NCBI GenBank assembly: GCA_005223075.1
Contig: NJBO01000002.1
Coordinates: 1,836-65,835 of the forward strand
Length of the DNA: 64,000 nucleotides
Source: a candidate division TA06 bacterium B3_TA06
Lineage (GTDB): Bacteria > Hydrothermota > Tepidihabitantia > B3-TA06
Reading direction: 5' to 3'
The position numbers were made by a program, and so were the translations under genes. Below are positions 19,471-30,200 of this stretch, piece after piece (position 1 is the first letter of the stretch; each line of letters begins with the position of its first letter). A model generated the notes under the pieces. That model saw only the letters and a program-made list of their open reading frames with translations, did not search any database and was not told the DNA's origin.

Positions 19471-20589
19471 ATGAGTAACGCAAACTCCGAGGCAAAAGGC
19501 AGGTCAAATGCATTAAGGCTTCTTGAGCGTCTTGCCCCTGTTGTTGAGGAGAAGAAAGAACTTGAGGCCAAGCTGGCCGATCAGGCAGTGATCTCCAATC
19601 CAAAAGAACTGAAAAACCTCTCCTACCGGTATAAGAGATGCGGGCAGATACTCTCCGTCGGAGAGCATCTGCAAAGCACCCTCAAGGAGCTAGCGGCCGC
19701 AGAGGAGATGCTTTCTGCAGGAGAAGAAGATGAAGGCTTTCTGGATACCATTCGGGCGGAGATTGCTAATCTTGAGAGAAAAAGGGATCGGCTGACAAGC
19801 GAGCTGCGTGCCTTGCTGATCCCGCCCGACGAGCGCTGGCAGCGCAACTGCATCATGGAGATACGAGCTGCCGCCGGTGGAGATGAGGCAGGTCTCTTTG
19901 CCGGTGACCTTTACCGCATGTACACACGTTATCTCGAACGCCGGAGATGGAGCCAAGAGGTGCTTTCTTCAAACACCACAGGGATAGGCGGCTTCAAGGA
20001 AATCGTCTTTCTTGTTAAAGGGGAAGAAGCCTTCCGTTACATGCGATTTGAATCCGGCGTGCACCGTGTTCAGCGCGTGCCTGAGACCGAGGCCTCGGGC
20101 CGCATCCATACATCAACCGTAACCGTGGCAGTGCTCCCTGAAGCCGAGGAGCAGGATCTGGCTATCGATCCCAAAGATCTTGTGATAGAAACCTTCCGCG
20201 CATCGGGCCGTGGCGGACAGCACGTGAACGTCACCGACTCGGCGGTACGCATCAGGCACAAACCAACAGGTCTGGTGGCAAGCTGCCAGGACGAGCGATC
20301 ACAACATCAAAACCGCGCGAGGGCCATGCGCATCCTTCGGGCAAGGTTGCAGGATCTCATGCGCTCAAAGGAGGAGGCACGAGAGGGAGCCGAACGCAGG
20401 GGGCAGATCGGAACAGGCGAGAGGAGCGAGAAGATAAGAACCTATAACTTCCCTCAGAACCGGGTGACCGATCACCGCATCAAGGCGAGTCTCTACAAGC
20501 TTGGTGAGATACTTGCAGGCGACCTGGCAGAGTTTCACTCCCTCCTTCTTGAAGAGGAGGCACGGCGTTATGTCCAGAACGGCGATTGA
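19471..20589 (+). CDS. prfA: peptide chain release factor 1
   Basis: GGQ motif (SGRGGQHVN). Domain order is RF1-type. It is followed by prmC in the classic arrangement. Confidence 0.9.
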   Translation: MSNANSEAKGRSNALRLLERLAPVVEEKKELEAKLADQAVISNPKELKNLSYRYKRCGQILSVGEHLQSTLKELAAAEEMLSAGEEDEGFLDTIRAEIANLERKRDRLTSELRALLIPPDERWQRNCIMEIRAAAGGDEAGLFAGDLYRMYTRYLERRRWSQEVLSSNTTGIGGFKEIVFLVKGEEAFRYMRFESGVHRVQRVPETEASGRIHTSTVTVAVLPEAEEQDLAIDPKDLVIETFRASGRGGQHVNVTDSAVRIRHKPTGLVASCQDERSQHQNRARAMRILRARLQDLMRSKEEAREGAERRGQIGTGERSEKIRTYNFPQNRVTDHRIKASLYKLGEILAGDLAEFHSLLLEEEARRYVQNGD

Positions 20590-21397
20590 GGAAGCCAGAC
20601 AGGCTTCAGCAAAAATTCCCTGGCAGGAGAGGCTCTTGTTATTAGAACACGTCGCCGCAAGATCGCTGCCCGAGCTGGTGGTTGATCGAGCATACCTTAC
20701 CCATGAACAGAAGGAGCAATTGATTGATCTGGTGAAGAGGCGGGAGGAGGGTACGCCTCTCGAGATTCTGGTTGGAACCGCCTCCTTCCTCGATTTCGAG
20801 TTGGAAGTCAGACCAGGGGTTTTCATACCAAGACCGGAGACGGCTGAGCTGGTAGAACGAACAGTGGATGAATTAGGCAAAGCTCCCAAGGTGATCCTCG
20901 AGCTTGGCACAGGCACCGGCGCAATCGCAATAGCCCTGGCGCGAAGCTTCCCAGAAGCCAGCCTGATCGCAACCGACATCTCCCCTATTGCCCTGAGGTT
21001 AGCTGAGCGAAACGCAGAAAGACTGAAGGAGCATATTCAATTCGTCATGGGCAATCTCTTTGAGTTTGAGGGTGCCTTAAAGCTTGAAGGAAGACTGGAT
21101 CTTTTGATCTCCAATCCTCCCTATATACCCACCGATCTCCTTGCCTGGCTGCCTGGAGAGGTGCGCAACTTCGATCCTCTCATAGCGCTTGACGGAGGGT
21201 CTGACGGCTTCAGGGTAGTAGAAAGGATCCTTGATAAAGCGGAAAGGTTCCTTGCTCCTAAAGGGCTTGCAGCCATTGAGATAGACCCACTGCTTGAGGA
21301 GCCCCTTGAGCGCTACGCCGAAACCTCACCCCTGCAGTTTAAGAAGGTGGTTGACAGTTACGGGAATCTGCGTTTTCTATTTGTGAGGAGATCATGA
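20570..21397 (+). CDS. prmC: release factor glutamine N5-methyltransferase PrmC/HemK
   Basis: SAM-methyltransferase motifs and the NPPY motif (LISNPPYIP). It overlaps the prfA stop by 20 nt. Confidence 0.88.
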   Translation: MSRTAIEEARQASAKIPWQERLLLLEHVAARSLPELVVDRAYLTHEQKEQLIDLVKRREEGTPLEILVGTASFLDFELEVRPGVFIPRPETAELVERTVDELGKAPKVILELGTGTGAIAIALARSFPEASLIATDISPIALRLAERNAERLKEHIQFVMGNLFEFEGALKLEGRLDLLISNPPYIPTDLLAWLPGEVRNFDPLIALDGGSDGFRVVERILDKAERFLAPKGLAAIEIDPLLEEPLERYAETSPLQFKKVVDSYGNLRFLFVRRS

Positions 21398-22194
21398 AGA
21401 TAGCGGTGGTTTACAACAAGAAAAAGCCCAACGCTACTGAGATCATCAAACGTATCGAGGGGTGGGCTAAAGAGAAGGGGCACAAACTTCTGATCTCCGC
21501 CCCACTTGATGAATCCGTAGATTTTCTTCTCGCGCTTGGAGGCGACGGAACGATGCTTCGGGCGGTCCGCGAGGCGGAAGAACTCCAGGTGCCCATAATG
21601 GGCATAAACCTGGGCGGCCTCGGTTTCCTTACCGCGTTCCCCTCCTCAGAACTGGAAACAGCCCTCGAGGACCTGGGGCAAAAGCGGGTTCGGATTGAGG
21701 AACGGATGCTTATTCGCGTGAGGTGGAGAAAAGAGGAGTTCTTCGCCCTCAACGACGCCACCTTCAACATGAGCTCGGACGCGCGCGTGATCGAGCTCTC
21801 GACCTACGTGAACGGTGAGTTCCTGACCCGCTTTACGGGCGACGGCTTGATTGTTTCTACGCCTACCGGTTCGACCGCCTACTCACTTGCCGCGGGCGGG
21901 CCTATACTCGATCCACGGCTTGAGGCGATGATCCTCACCCCTATCTGTCCACACGCCCTATCGGCAAGGCCGATGCTGGTCCCGCCCAACTACACGGTTA
22001 CAGTAGAGGTAGGCTCCAAGAACCCTCCGGTGATCCTCACAATCGACGGACAGGAAAGACGCCAGTTAGAGACAGGCGAGAATGTTGCCTTCTGTAGGGC
22101 CGAACGTCACGCCCGGATCGTAATGCCCCAGGATGTTTCATTCTTCCAGATCCTTCGCCGAAAGATGCGCTGGGGAGGCATGCGCGATGCTTGA
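21394..22194 (+). CDS. nadK: NAD+ kinase
   Basis: GGDGTML and NLGGLGFL motifs. 266 aa. Confidence 0.9.
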   Translation: MKIAVVYNKKKPNATEIIKRIEGWAKEKGHKLLISAPLDESVDFLLALGGDGTMLRAVREAEELQVPIMGINLGGLGFLTAFPSSELETALEDLGQKRVRIEERMLIRVRWRKEEFFALNDATFNMSSDARVIELSTYVNGEFLTRFTGDGLIVSTPTGSTAYSLAAGGPILDPRLEAMILTPICPHALSARPMLVPPNYTVTVEVGSKNPPVILTIDGQERRQLETGENVAFCRAERHARIVMPQDVSFFQILRRKMRWGGMRDA

Positions 22195-23875
22195 GCGGCT
22201 GCGTATCCGAAACTTCGCTTTAATCGATGCGGTGGAGCTCAATCTATCAAAGGGACTCAACGTACTCACAGGGGAAACCGGCACAGGAAAATCAATACTT
22301 CTAGGCGCGCTGTCGGTCGTGCTCGGTGAGCGTATAACGGATGAACTTTTTCGATCGGATAAAGACCCGCTTGAGGTGGAGGCGTCGTTCAGCGTCGATG
22401 ATCTCAAGCTTCCCGACTGGGTAGGCGCCGATCAGGAAGGCGTGCTTCTTATCCTTCGCAGCGCCCTCAAAGGCAAGCGTGCTGCCAACTTCGTCAACCA
22501 GCGTCAGACCACCCAATCAGCACTCTCGAAACTGGGCGACGATCTCGTTGACATCCACGGCCAGCATCAGCACCAGCTTCTCCTGAAACCGGCCACCCAC
22601 GGAAGATTCTTCGATGCCTACGGAGAGCTTGAAGAACTCAAGGAACGGTACGCCGCAAAGTTCAACGATTATCATAAGCTGCTTGATGGGATCAAGAGAC
22701 TGAAACGCGATCTTGCCCAGCGCCGCGAGCAGCGTGACTTTCTTGCCTTCCAGCTTTCAGAGATCGCAAAGCTCGATCCCAAGCCTGGTGAGGTTGCAGA
22801 ACTCAAGAGAGAGCAGGAGCTTTTGGCCTCGGCCGAACGCAGGGAAAAGATGGCAAGTCGGTTGATTGAACTCGTCTCCGAGAAGGAGGCTTCCATACTT
22901 GAAGGGCTGGCGCTTGCAACCCAGATGCTTAAGGATCTGGCAGCACTGGATCCATCACTTCAGGAGACGCTCAAAACCCTGACAGAGGCCGAGGTGGCAA
23001 CAGACGAGGTGTGGCGAACACTGGTGCGCTACCGCTCCTCAATCGAGTACTCACCCCAGCGGCTGGAGGAGATAAACGAACGGTTGTTCGCCTTCGAGAA
23101 GCTCTGGCGCAAGCATAACGTCGACGAGCAGGGACTCGTCAGACTGAGGGCTGATCTGGAGACCAAGCTTTCCTCTATCGAGCTGGACGCCGAGGAGATT
23201 GCCGAACTTGAAAAGGAAGAAGCCAGGCTCCGCGCTGAGGTTGTGGGGCTTGCACGCGAACTCTCCGAGGCAAGAGAAAAGACCAGGGAGGAGTTCCAGC
23301 GTGCTGTGGAAAACCAGCTTGAAGGGTTCGCCATGCCCAAGGCCCGGCTGGCTGTTGAGTTTCCGCGGTCCAATGACCCCGACGGTTTGTATGAAGAGAA
23401 TGGGGTTCGCTACCGGCTCGCTGAGAACGGCCTTGAGGAGACGCAGTTCCTGTTCTCCGCCAACCCGGGGGAGACGCCGAAGCCATTGGCGCGGATAGCC
23501 TCGGGCGGCGAGCTCTCGCGCATCATGCTCGCTTTAAAGACGGTCCTTGTAGACTCAGACCAAGTACCGGTGCTGGTCTTCGATGAGATTGACGTGGGGA
23601 TAGGTGGAAGAACAGCGGAGACGGTGGGCAAACGCCTCAAGGAGCTCGGCAAGAGAAAACAGATCCTTCTCGTGACCCACCTTCCACAGATCGCGCGCTA
23701 CGCCGATCGTCACTTCCGGGTGACCAAGGAGGTCAGGAAAGGAAGAACCCTCACCCGCATCAAAGCGCTGGACAGGAAAGGACGTGTGGAGGAACTTGCC
23801 CGGATGCTGGGTGGAGAGGAGATCACCGATACAGTGCGCGCGCACGCAAAAGAACTCATTGAGGGCACCGAATGA
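22187..23875 (+). CDS. recN: DNA repair protein RecN
   Basis: N-terminal LTGETGTGKSIL Walker A. Long coiled-coil middle. C-terminal SMC-like signature (LSGGELSRIMLAL...VFDEID). Confidence 0.9.
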   Translation: MLERLRIRNFALIDAVELNLSKGLNVLTGETGTGKSILLGALSVVLGERITDELFRSDKDPLEVEASFSVDDLKLPDWVGADQEGVLLILRSALKGKRAANFVNQRQTTQSALSKLGDDLVDIHGQHQHQLLLKPATHGRFFDAYGELEELKERYAAKFNDYHKLLDGIKRLKRDLAQRREQRDFLAFQLSEIAKLDPKPGEVAELKREQELLASAERREKMASRLIELVSEKEASILEGLALATQMLKDLAALDPSLQETLKTLTEAEVATDEVWRTLVRYRSSIEYSPQRLEEINERLFAFEKLWRKHNVDEQGLVRLRADLETKLSSIELDAEEIAELEKEEARLRAEVVGLARELSEAREKTREEFQRAVENQLEGFAMPKARLAVEFPRSNDPDGLYEENGVRYRLAENGLEETQFLFSANPGETPKPLARIASGGELSRIMLALKTVLVDSDQVPVLVFDEIDVGIGGRTAETVGKRLKELGKRKQILLVTHLPQIARYADRHFRVTKEVRKGRTLTRIKALDRKGRVEELARMLGGEEITDTVRAHAKELIEGTE

Positions 23876-23877
23876 CA

Positions 23878-23962
23878 CGTACCCGTAACACCCCCCGTAC
23901 CCCTTCGGGGCATTCTCATAATTATTCGGAGCTTACGCTCCGCTCACAAGGAAATAACACCC
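23878..23962. repeat. inverted copy of the 18606-18685 repeat segment (includes CCGTAACAC units and a CGGAGC-GTAA-GCTCCG hairpin)
   Basis: The reverse complement is nearly identical to 18606-18685. The two copies flank the crp/fnr-prfA-prmC-nadK-recN block in inverted orientation. Confidence 0.8.
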
Positions 23963-23997
23963 CCCGCAACACATCCCCTGACACCCTCCCGGATGCA

Positions 23998-24558
23998 ATG
24001 CCACAGGTGGTTAAAAACCCATGGCGTTTCTGGACGGTCCCCAATATCCTTTCCCTTATTCGACTCGCTATGCTTGCACCAACGGTCTGGGCGCTGGTTA
24101 CCCAACGCAACCTGTTGGCCTTCATCCTGTTCGTGGTCTCCTCTGCTACCGATGCAGTGGACGGGTGGATCGCCCGTCGCTTACATCAGGAAAGCGAGTG
24201 GGGAAAGGTACTCGATCCCCTCGCCGACAAACTCACCCTGAACACACTTGCCATGATCATGGCATTCCAGGGAAGGATACCGCTCTTTCTCGCTCTCATA
24301 GTACTGATAAGGGATGCAATTATCTTGGGAGGTGGCCTGGTGCTCTTGACCTCAAGAACCTTCGTGCCTCAATCCAACTGGCCGGGCAAGATCACCGGCG
24401 TTGCGTTCTTTGCTATGCTTTGCGCCGGCTTACTTGATGCCCGCTGGCTGCTTCGTGGATTCCTTGTCCCGCTGGTAACCGTCCTGGTGTTCATAACCGT
24501 TGTCGTATATACCCACACCTTTTTTCAACGCCTGAATCAAAAGTCCAAGGAGGGATAA
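23998..24558 (+). CDS. CDP-alcohol phosphatidyltransferase family protein (PgsA-like)
   Basis: Signature D-G-x2-A-R-x8-G-x3-D-x3-D (DAVDGWIARRLHQESEWGKVLDPLADK). Multiple transmembrane segments. Confidence 0.85.
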   Translation: MPQVVKNPWRFWTVPNILSLIRLAMLAPTVWALVTQRNLLAFILFVVSSATDAVDGWIARRLHQESEWGKVLDPLADKLTLNTLAMIMAFQGRIPLFLALIVLIRDAIILGGGLVLLTSRTFVPQSNWPGKITGVAFFAMLCAGLLDARWLLRGFLVPLVTVLVFITVVVYTHTFFQRLNQKSKEG

Positions 24559-24560
24559 GT

Positions 24561-25190
24561 ATGCTGGTACTTGTCGTAAGCGATCTACATGGCCATTCTG
24601 TAGAGCCTTTAGTAGAGATTGAAGGTGTGGATCTTCTGTTGATGCTTGGAGATGTAACAACGGGTGCCGGTCTTGAAAAAACCAAGGAGCGGATTCAGAC
24701 CCTGCGAGGAGCCTATCCCGCACTTTATGTGATCTCCGGGAACTGGGAACGGCCCCAATCCGCAGCGTGGTTTCAAGCCGAAGGCCTCAGCCTTGATGGA
24801 CGTGCAGAAAGGTTTAATGGACTACTTCTCTTCGGTTTAGGTGGCTCAATTCCCACACCGTTCAACACCCCGAACGAGTTCACGGAGGATGAGTTGGCCG
24901 ATAAACTGACATCCTGTCCTGAGCCAGAAGAGGATGAGCGGCTCGTGATCTGCTCGCACAATCCCCCATACGGGGCCTGCGACAGGGTGTTTTTAGGCAA
25001 GCGTGTGGGATCGAAATCCTTACGGGTTTTTATAGAGAAGCGTAAACCTGACCTCGTGTTATGCGGGCACATCCACGAGGCAAGAGGAATCGAAAACATA
25101 GAATCAACGATTGTTCTAAATCCAGGCAGCGCCCCAAAGCACTACGCCCTGATCCGAATAGAAAAAGATATCTCCGTCAACCTCTATTGA
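24561..25190 (+). CDS. calcineurin-like metallophosphoesterase
   Basis: Motifs VSDLHG, GDV, GNWE and CGHIHE. Confidence 0.85.
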   Translation: MLVLVVSDLHGHSVEPLVEIEGVDLLLMLGDVTTGAGLEKTKERIQTLRGAYPALYVISGNWERPQSAAWFQAEGLSLDGRAERFNGLLLFGLGGSIPTPFNTPNEFTEDELADKLTSCPEPEEDERLVICSHNPPYGACDRVFLGKRVGSKSLRVFIEKRKPDLVLCGHIHEARGIENIESTIVLNPGSAPKHYALIRIEKDISVNLY

Positions 25191-25266
25191 GAAAAACGAA
25201 GGTCGACCGGAATCACTCTGAATATCTTTTCTCTTGCGATCTTTTGCCTGCAGGGCAAAAGGAGCA

Positions 25267-25455
25267 CTATTTATTCCGACAACGGATAAAGAAGGCTATC
25301 GACCGGTTGTAGGTTTTCTCCTCTTCCAGGGTGAAGTAACAAGCCGGCAGCTCTCCTTTGTCACGATGGTAGGCTACGCACTCGCAGCAGCGCCCCTTGC
25401 GCGGGCATGGCTCGTAGGTGCAGGTGCACTCAACATCATTATCGCACTCGCTCAT
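25267..25455 (-). CDS. small Cys-rich protein (62 aa; C-x-C...[14 protein letters not shown]...PACYF)
   Basis: Good AAGGAAG ribosome-binding site 6 nt before the ATG. Nine Cys. The [14 protein letters not shown] motif resembles a conserved small-protein family that I recall from Firmicutes, but I cannot verify this. Confidence 0.5.
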   Translation of the reverse strand: MSECDNDVECTCTYEPCPRKGRCCECVAYHRDKGELPACYFTLEEEKTYNRSIAFFIRCRNK

Positions 25456-25559
25456 CTGCTTCTTCCTTTGGCTTAGATCATATCCTTTAAGGAGGGTAGT
25501 GTCAACCCTTGAACTGACTCAAGACTTGCTTATACTCCGGCAATCATTGGAGGTCTTAG

Positions 25560-27206
25560 ATGCATATTCTTTGTTTGCTAAGTGTATTCCTGCTTGGGGG
25601 AGTCGAACTTGACACCGAACCGGCGTGGAAATCCAACGACAACGACTACTCCACCGGCGGGATACTGGCCGATATTGACTCAGACGGTGATCTTGATCTG
25701 GTAACCGGCAACGGCAACGACATGGCCCGAAATCCAAATAAAGTTTATTACAATGAAGACAACATCCTTGAAGAAACGGCATCATGGATCTCAGCCGATT
25801 GGAGCTACAATGGACATATATCGCTTGGAGATATGGATGCCGATGGGGATCTTGACTTGGCGGTGGCAGGCTTTGCCTATTACATAAGTTGGCAATCCGA
25901 TCCTTCGCGTGTTTATTTGAACGAAGAAGGTACATTTACTTCGAACCCTGTCTGGTTAGGCGGCAACACTTTGCAGGCGTTTTCCTGCGACTGGGGCGAT
26001 GCGGACGCAGACGGCGACCTTGACCTTGCAGTGGCTGCAGGTAACAGTTATATCCCGAAGAAACAAAAGATAGTGATCTTCAAGAATACGGACGGCGTGC
26101 TCTCGGCTGAACCGATGTGGGAATCAGCGGATTCTGACTACAACATGGACGTATGCTGGGTTGACGTGGACGCAGACGGCGATCTTGACCTGGCTGTGGG
26201 AGGATATGAAACGAACCGGATATACTTCACCGAAGAGGGCACCCTTAACACAGAGGCTGAGTGGGTATCGGCTGATGCCCATCACACCATCCAGATCGCT
26301 TTTGGTGATTTCGACGCAGATGGTGACATGGATATGGCTACCGCAGACAACAACCAGATGATGGACGACGAAAGCCGGGTACGCATCTACCTTAACCATA
26401 ACGGAACGCTGGATACACTGCCATTTTGGGAGTCGAAGCTGTGGCAATATCAATCCTGCGTGGCCTGGGGAGATGTTGATGCAGACGGCGATCTTGATCT
26501 GGCCGCAGGCGGCTGGTGGGAACCGGTAACGGTATACGAAAACAACGATAACTCATTCGATTCTCTGCCGAGCTGGTCGTGGAGCCCTTTCCCGAATGAG
26601 AATCTCGTCTGTGAGCAGGTAATCTGGGGCGAGGTCGACAACGACAACTGGAAGGAGACCACCGAGAACTTCGGGACTATATCTGCAGGTCATGCAATCT
26701 ACCCCTCCCACTTCCCGGCGTTGGATATCGTTGAGGTTAAGATCAATGGATCGGCTGCATCTCCAGGTGGGTTTTGCTGGAATCCGGCCGACGGTTGGAT
26801 TCAGATAAACCAAGAGGGTTGGGTAGAGGTAACCTACCGCTATTCTAAGTATCCTGATCTTCTGGTAACCAACTGGAATCCCCCTACAGGAAACTTCCTC
26901 TTCCTCAACACAGCCGAGGATACAAATGCAGTTGCCGAACTGCCTCCTCCTGAACTTCCTGTCCAGCTTGAAAAGACAATACTGATCCGAGGAGAACCCA
27001 TCAGGCTTATGGCTTCCACTCCTCAAAGGATAGAAGAAATCTCCCTCTACGACGTGACAGGCAGATGGCTTTCCAGCTTTGCTCCAGGGGATTGTCGTGA
27101 GTTAATTGCCCTTCCCTTCGAGACCTCAAGACTTCCTCGCGGGGTGTATTTCCTCCACGTCCTAATCAGGCAGAAACCAATCACCCTGCGCTTCCAGATT
27201 GTGTGA
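25560..27206 (+). CDS. FG-GAP/VCBS-repeat (integrin-alpha-like) secreted protein with T9SS CTD
   Basis: About 8 repeats of D.D.DGDLDL(A/V)(V/A)G. GGAGG ribosome-binding site. The CTD is ...ISLYDVTGRWLSSF...LPRGVYFLHVLI...LRFQIV. Confidence 0.85.
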   Translation: MHILCLLSVFLLGGVELDTEPAWKSNDNDYSTGGILADIDSDGDLDLVTGNGNDMARNPNKVYYNEDNILEETASWISADWSYNGHISLGDMDADGDLDLAVAGFAYYISWQSDPSRVYLNEEGTFTSNPVWLGGNTLQAFSCDWGDADADGDLDLAVAAGNSYIPKKQKIVIFKNTDGVLSAEPMWESADSDYNMDVCWVDVDADGDLDLAVGGYETNRIYFTEEGTLNTEAEWVSADAHHTIQIAFGDFDADGDMDMATADNNQMMDDESRVRIYLNHNGTLDTLPFWESKLWQYQSCVAWGDVDADGDLDLAAGGWWEPVTVYENNDNSFDSLPSWSWSPFPNENLVCEQVIWGEVDNDNWKETTENFGTISAGHAIYPSHFPALDIVEVKINGSAASPGGFCWNPADGWIQINQEGWVEVTYRYSKYPDLLVTNWNPPTGNFLFLNTAEDTNAVAELPPPELPVQLEKTILIRGEPIRLMASTPQRIEEISLYDVTGRWLSSFAPGDCRELIALPFETSRLPRGVYFLHVLIRQKPITLRFQIV

Positions 27207-27268
27207 GCATTAACAAGGCTGCCTTGTGATCAGCCATGTTCGCTTTTAGCCGAGATTACGTAAGAACC

Positions 27269-30200
27269 CTAAGGCTGTAACAAAGCGGCCTTGGTTATCC
27301 GCTGGGCCGTAGAAAATTCCTCTGATTCCTCGTCCGTTCGCCGCTCACGCCACCCCAGTGTGTAGATATAAACACCAGGCGCTGGACGGTGACCACTTTC
27401 CGTCAAACCGTCCCAGTGAGCCTCAAAGATGCCGCCGAACTCATAGAAAACCTCGTCTATCAGTGTACGGATGTGCTCGCCGGCTCGGTTGTAGATGCGA
27501 AGCGTCACCAGTCCCGCACGAGGGATGCTGAACGCAAACGTCGTTGAGCCGCTGAACGGGTTCGGGTAGTTGTGGATATCCAATACAGGCTCGAAGCGCG
27601 TCATGATAAGAACGCTGTCGTTCACCAGAGTAGGATCGTCGGTGTAGTAAGTCCGGATCCACACTATCCTGTGTTCGGTTACCGTGGTGTCGAACGCACC
27701 TGCTATACTGCCAAGCTCCTCGTGAGGCCTCACAACCAGACGCGCCACTACCATCTTGGCAGAATCCACAGATCCCAGATCAGGAACGCCGTCATTATCC
27801 TCGTCCAGGAGAGGGGTTCCGTCCTCAAAGCTCAGGGTATGGCTCCAACCCAGATCAGGTGCCGCGTAGCTGCCGATGTCGATAATGTCATACGTGCTGC
27901 CGAGATTGGTTACCCGAAGCAGGTATACCGCCTCCTCGCCAGGACCGATTATCGTGCCCGTGTCCGGCTCGATATCCAGCGCCACTATGTTTCGCGTGCG
28001 TGTTACCACTATCGCGCTGTCGTATACCGTATCGCTGATCGAGGAGCGAGCGTAGACTATGGTTGAATCGAAAAGACCCGGAAGCGCCCAGTAGGGCGGC
28101 GTCACGTCAAGATACAGCATATCAAATCCAGGAACACCCCCGACAAGACCGGCCAAGGTGTCCAGATCAGGGATGTCGTCACCATCGGTGTCCGCAAGAT
28201 CGTTGATCCCGTCCTTGTCAACAAGCCGGTGAACCCAATCCGATTGACCAGGTTCAAAGGTAATGTCCGGAACGTCAGGACCGTTGCCGTAATTGGAAAC
28301 CTTTAAAGGATAGCGAATCGTCTGACCTGAAGGAACCGAATCCAACGTGTCGGGGATGATAAGTAGATCTGGAACAGCGTTAACCGTCACGATCAGAACC
28401 GCGGTGTCGGCAACCAGCTCCACAGGGTAAAGACGCGAGGGGTAGTTCACTGAGGCCCCAGCGAGGTGGATAACAGCGCTGTCACCAGCCATAGCTGTAT
28501 CAGGAACATCAACACGAACCTGGAAGGGAGCCGGTATCTCCTCAGGAAGAACATTCGGGACGTCAGGGTTGCCGTCACCATCACTATCACTAAGACCGAC
28601 CAACTCAACCGGCCACGTAACAGGATCCTTGTTAGAGCTCCAGGTAAGATTGACCGTATCCTCGCGGTAAAGGCTCGTGTTTAGCGCATACACCGAGAAT
28701 ACCGCCGACTCATCAGGATAGGCGGACTCACGCACCGTATCCGGACCTACCTCAATACTCACCTCGAGGATAGTAGTCACAAGAAACGCTGTATCCAGTC
28801 TGGTAGTATCCCGCATGGATACGACGCTGAAGAAACAGGTATCCATAGCTCCGAAAGGCACGGTATCCGAGGGGGTCACGTCGGCTAGCACAAGAACGTT
28901 CCCGCCCTTAGGCAAGGTGTCGGTATCGGGGTTGCCGTCGCCGTCAACGTCAGGCAGGGTGCGGCCCAGCTCGTCGGAAAGGGAGGTGCTGAAGTTTAAA
29001 GAATCGCTGTTCTCTGTGAAGATGTTGATAACGTCCCATATGTTGCCGTTGTTCTCGACGTAGACCTCGTAGGCGCCGTCATCTGTTTGGCTGGTGGAAA
29101 CCAGACATTCGGTATCCTTAAACTGATCCGGGTAGGCGGCAACAGCCGGGTGTATCGCAAACCAGAGAGGCAAGAAGTCTGACCCTTGACGATCAAGGCA
29201 GCTTCCCATAGTCGCCACCCCTTCAGAAGTAGTCACATGGTAGATTGCAACTGCATCGGCATCGTCCAGCGGACAGGAGTAACGGTAGAACTCGCCCCTG
29301 TCAAGGGTTCCCTCGTAGATGGTCGTCTCCTCGTTCCCTCCAGACTTTGGGGTTCTTGTTACCTTTACATCGGTACTGTCGGAGAATGCAATAACGTGAA
29401 GCCGGGAGTAAATAAGCCCAATATCAGACCATGAAACGGAGGCCTGAAGCGGAATATAGAACTCCTTTCCAAGCCCTAAACCGTCGCGGTCAATCCCTCG
29501 AACCATGTAAAAAGCAACGTGGTGTATTCCGAAGCTTGTCCATTCGGTCTGTGAAACAGAGATATCCTTGTCCGCGTGGATGTAAAGCGGCCTGCCCCCC
29601 GTAGGTAATGGAACTGCAAATCCCTTAATCTTGCCTCTCTTCTCACAGAATATCCTTCGAATTGTATCGGCAGGATTATTAAGATCAGTAACCGTTACCC
29701 ATGTTTCGTCTTCCCAGGGAACGAATTGAATATCCTGGGGGGCAGTTCCCCACATATGTTGGTAGGTCATGAAATCCCGGCCAGTGAAAGTTCCGTTGAA
29801 CGCAGGTACGTACATCCCGTTAACGCCGCAGGAGGTCATAGTTGATACAGGACGTGTGGCCTCTACTGAGTAAACTATGGGAGGAACATCTCCCCCCTCA
29901 CGCAAGTAGTACTCGGCACTGTCAAGATCACCCTCCCAGATAACCGTTTGGTTTTCCATATTCCGGACAACCACATGGGTATTATTGTGATAGGCAAAAA
30001 CAGCCAGGATCGCTTCATTAGCTGGGATCCCAGTCGACTTCGGACCTACGGACAACAACTTCGTACTGAGCGGACGACTATTCTGATCCACCGCATACCA
30101 GGTGCCTAACCCCCTCACGAAGGGATCGCCGCTGAGAACCGAGAACTCTTTGCTACCCAGAACCTCATATACTCCCCACGGTATGTCCTTGACAAGGACA

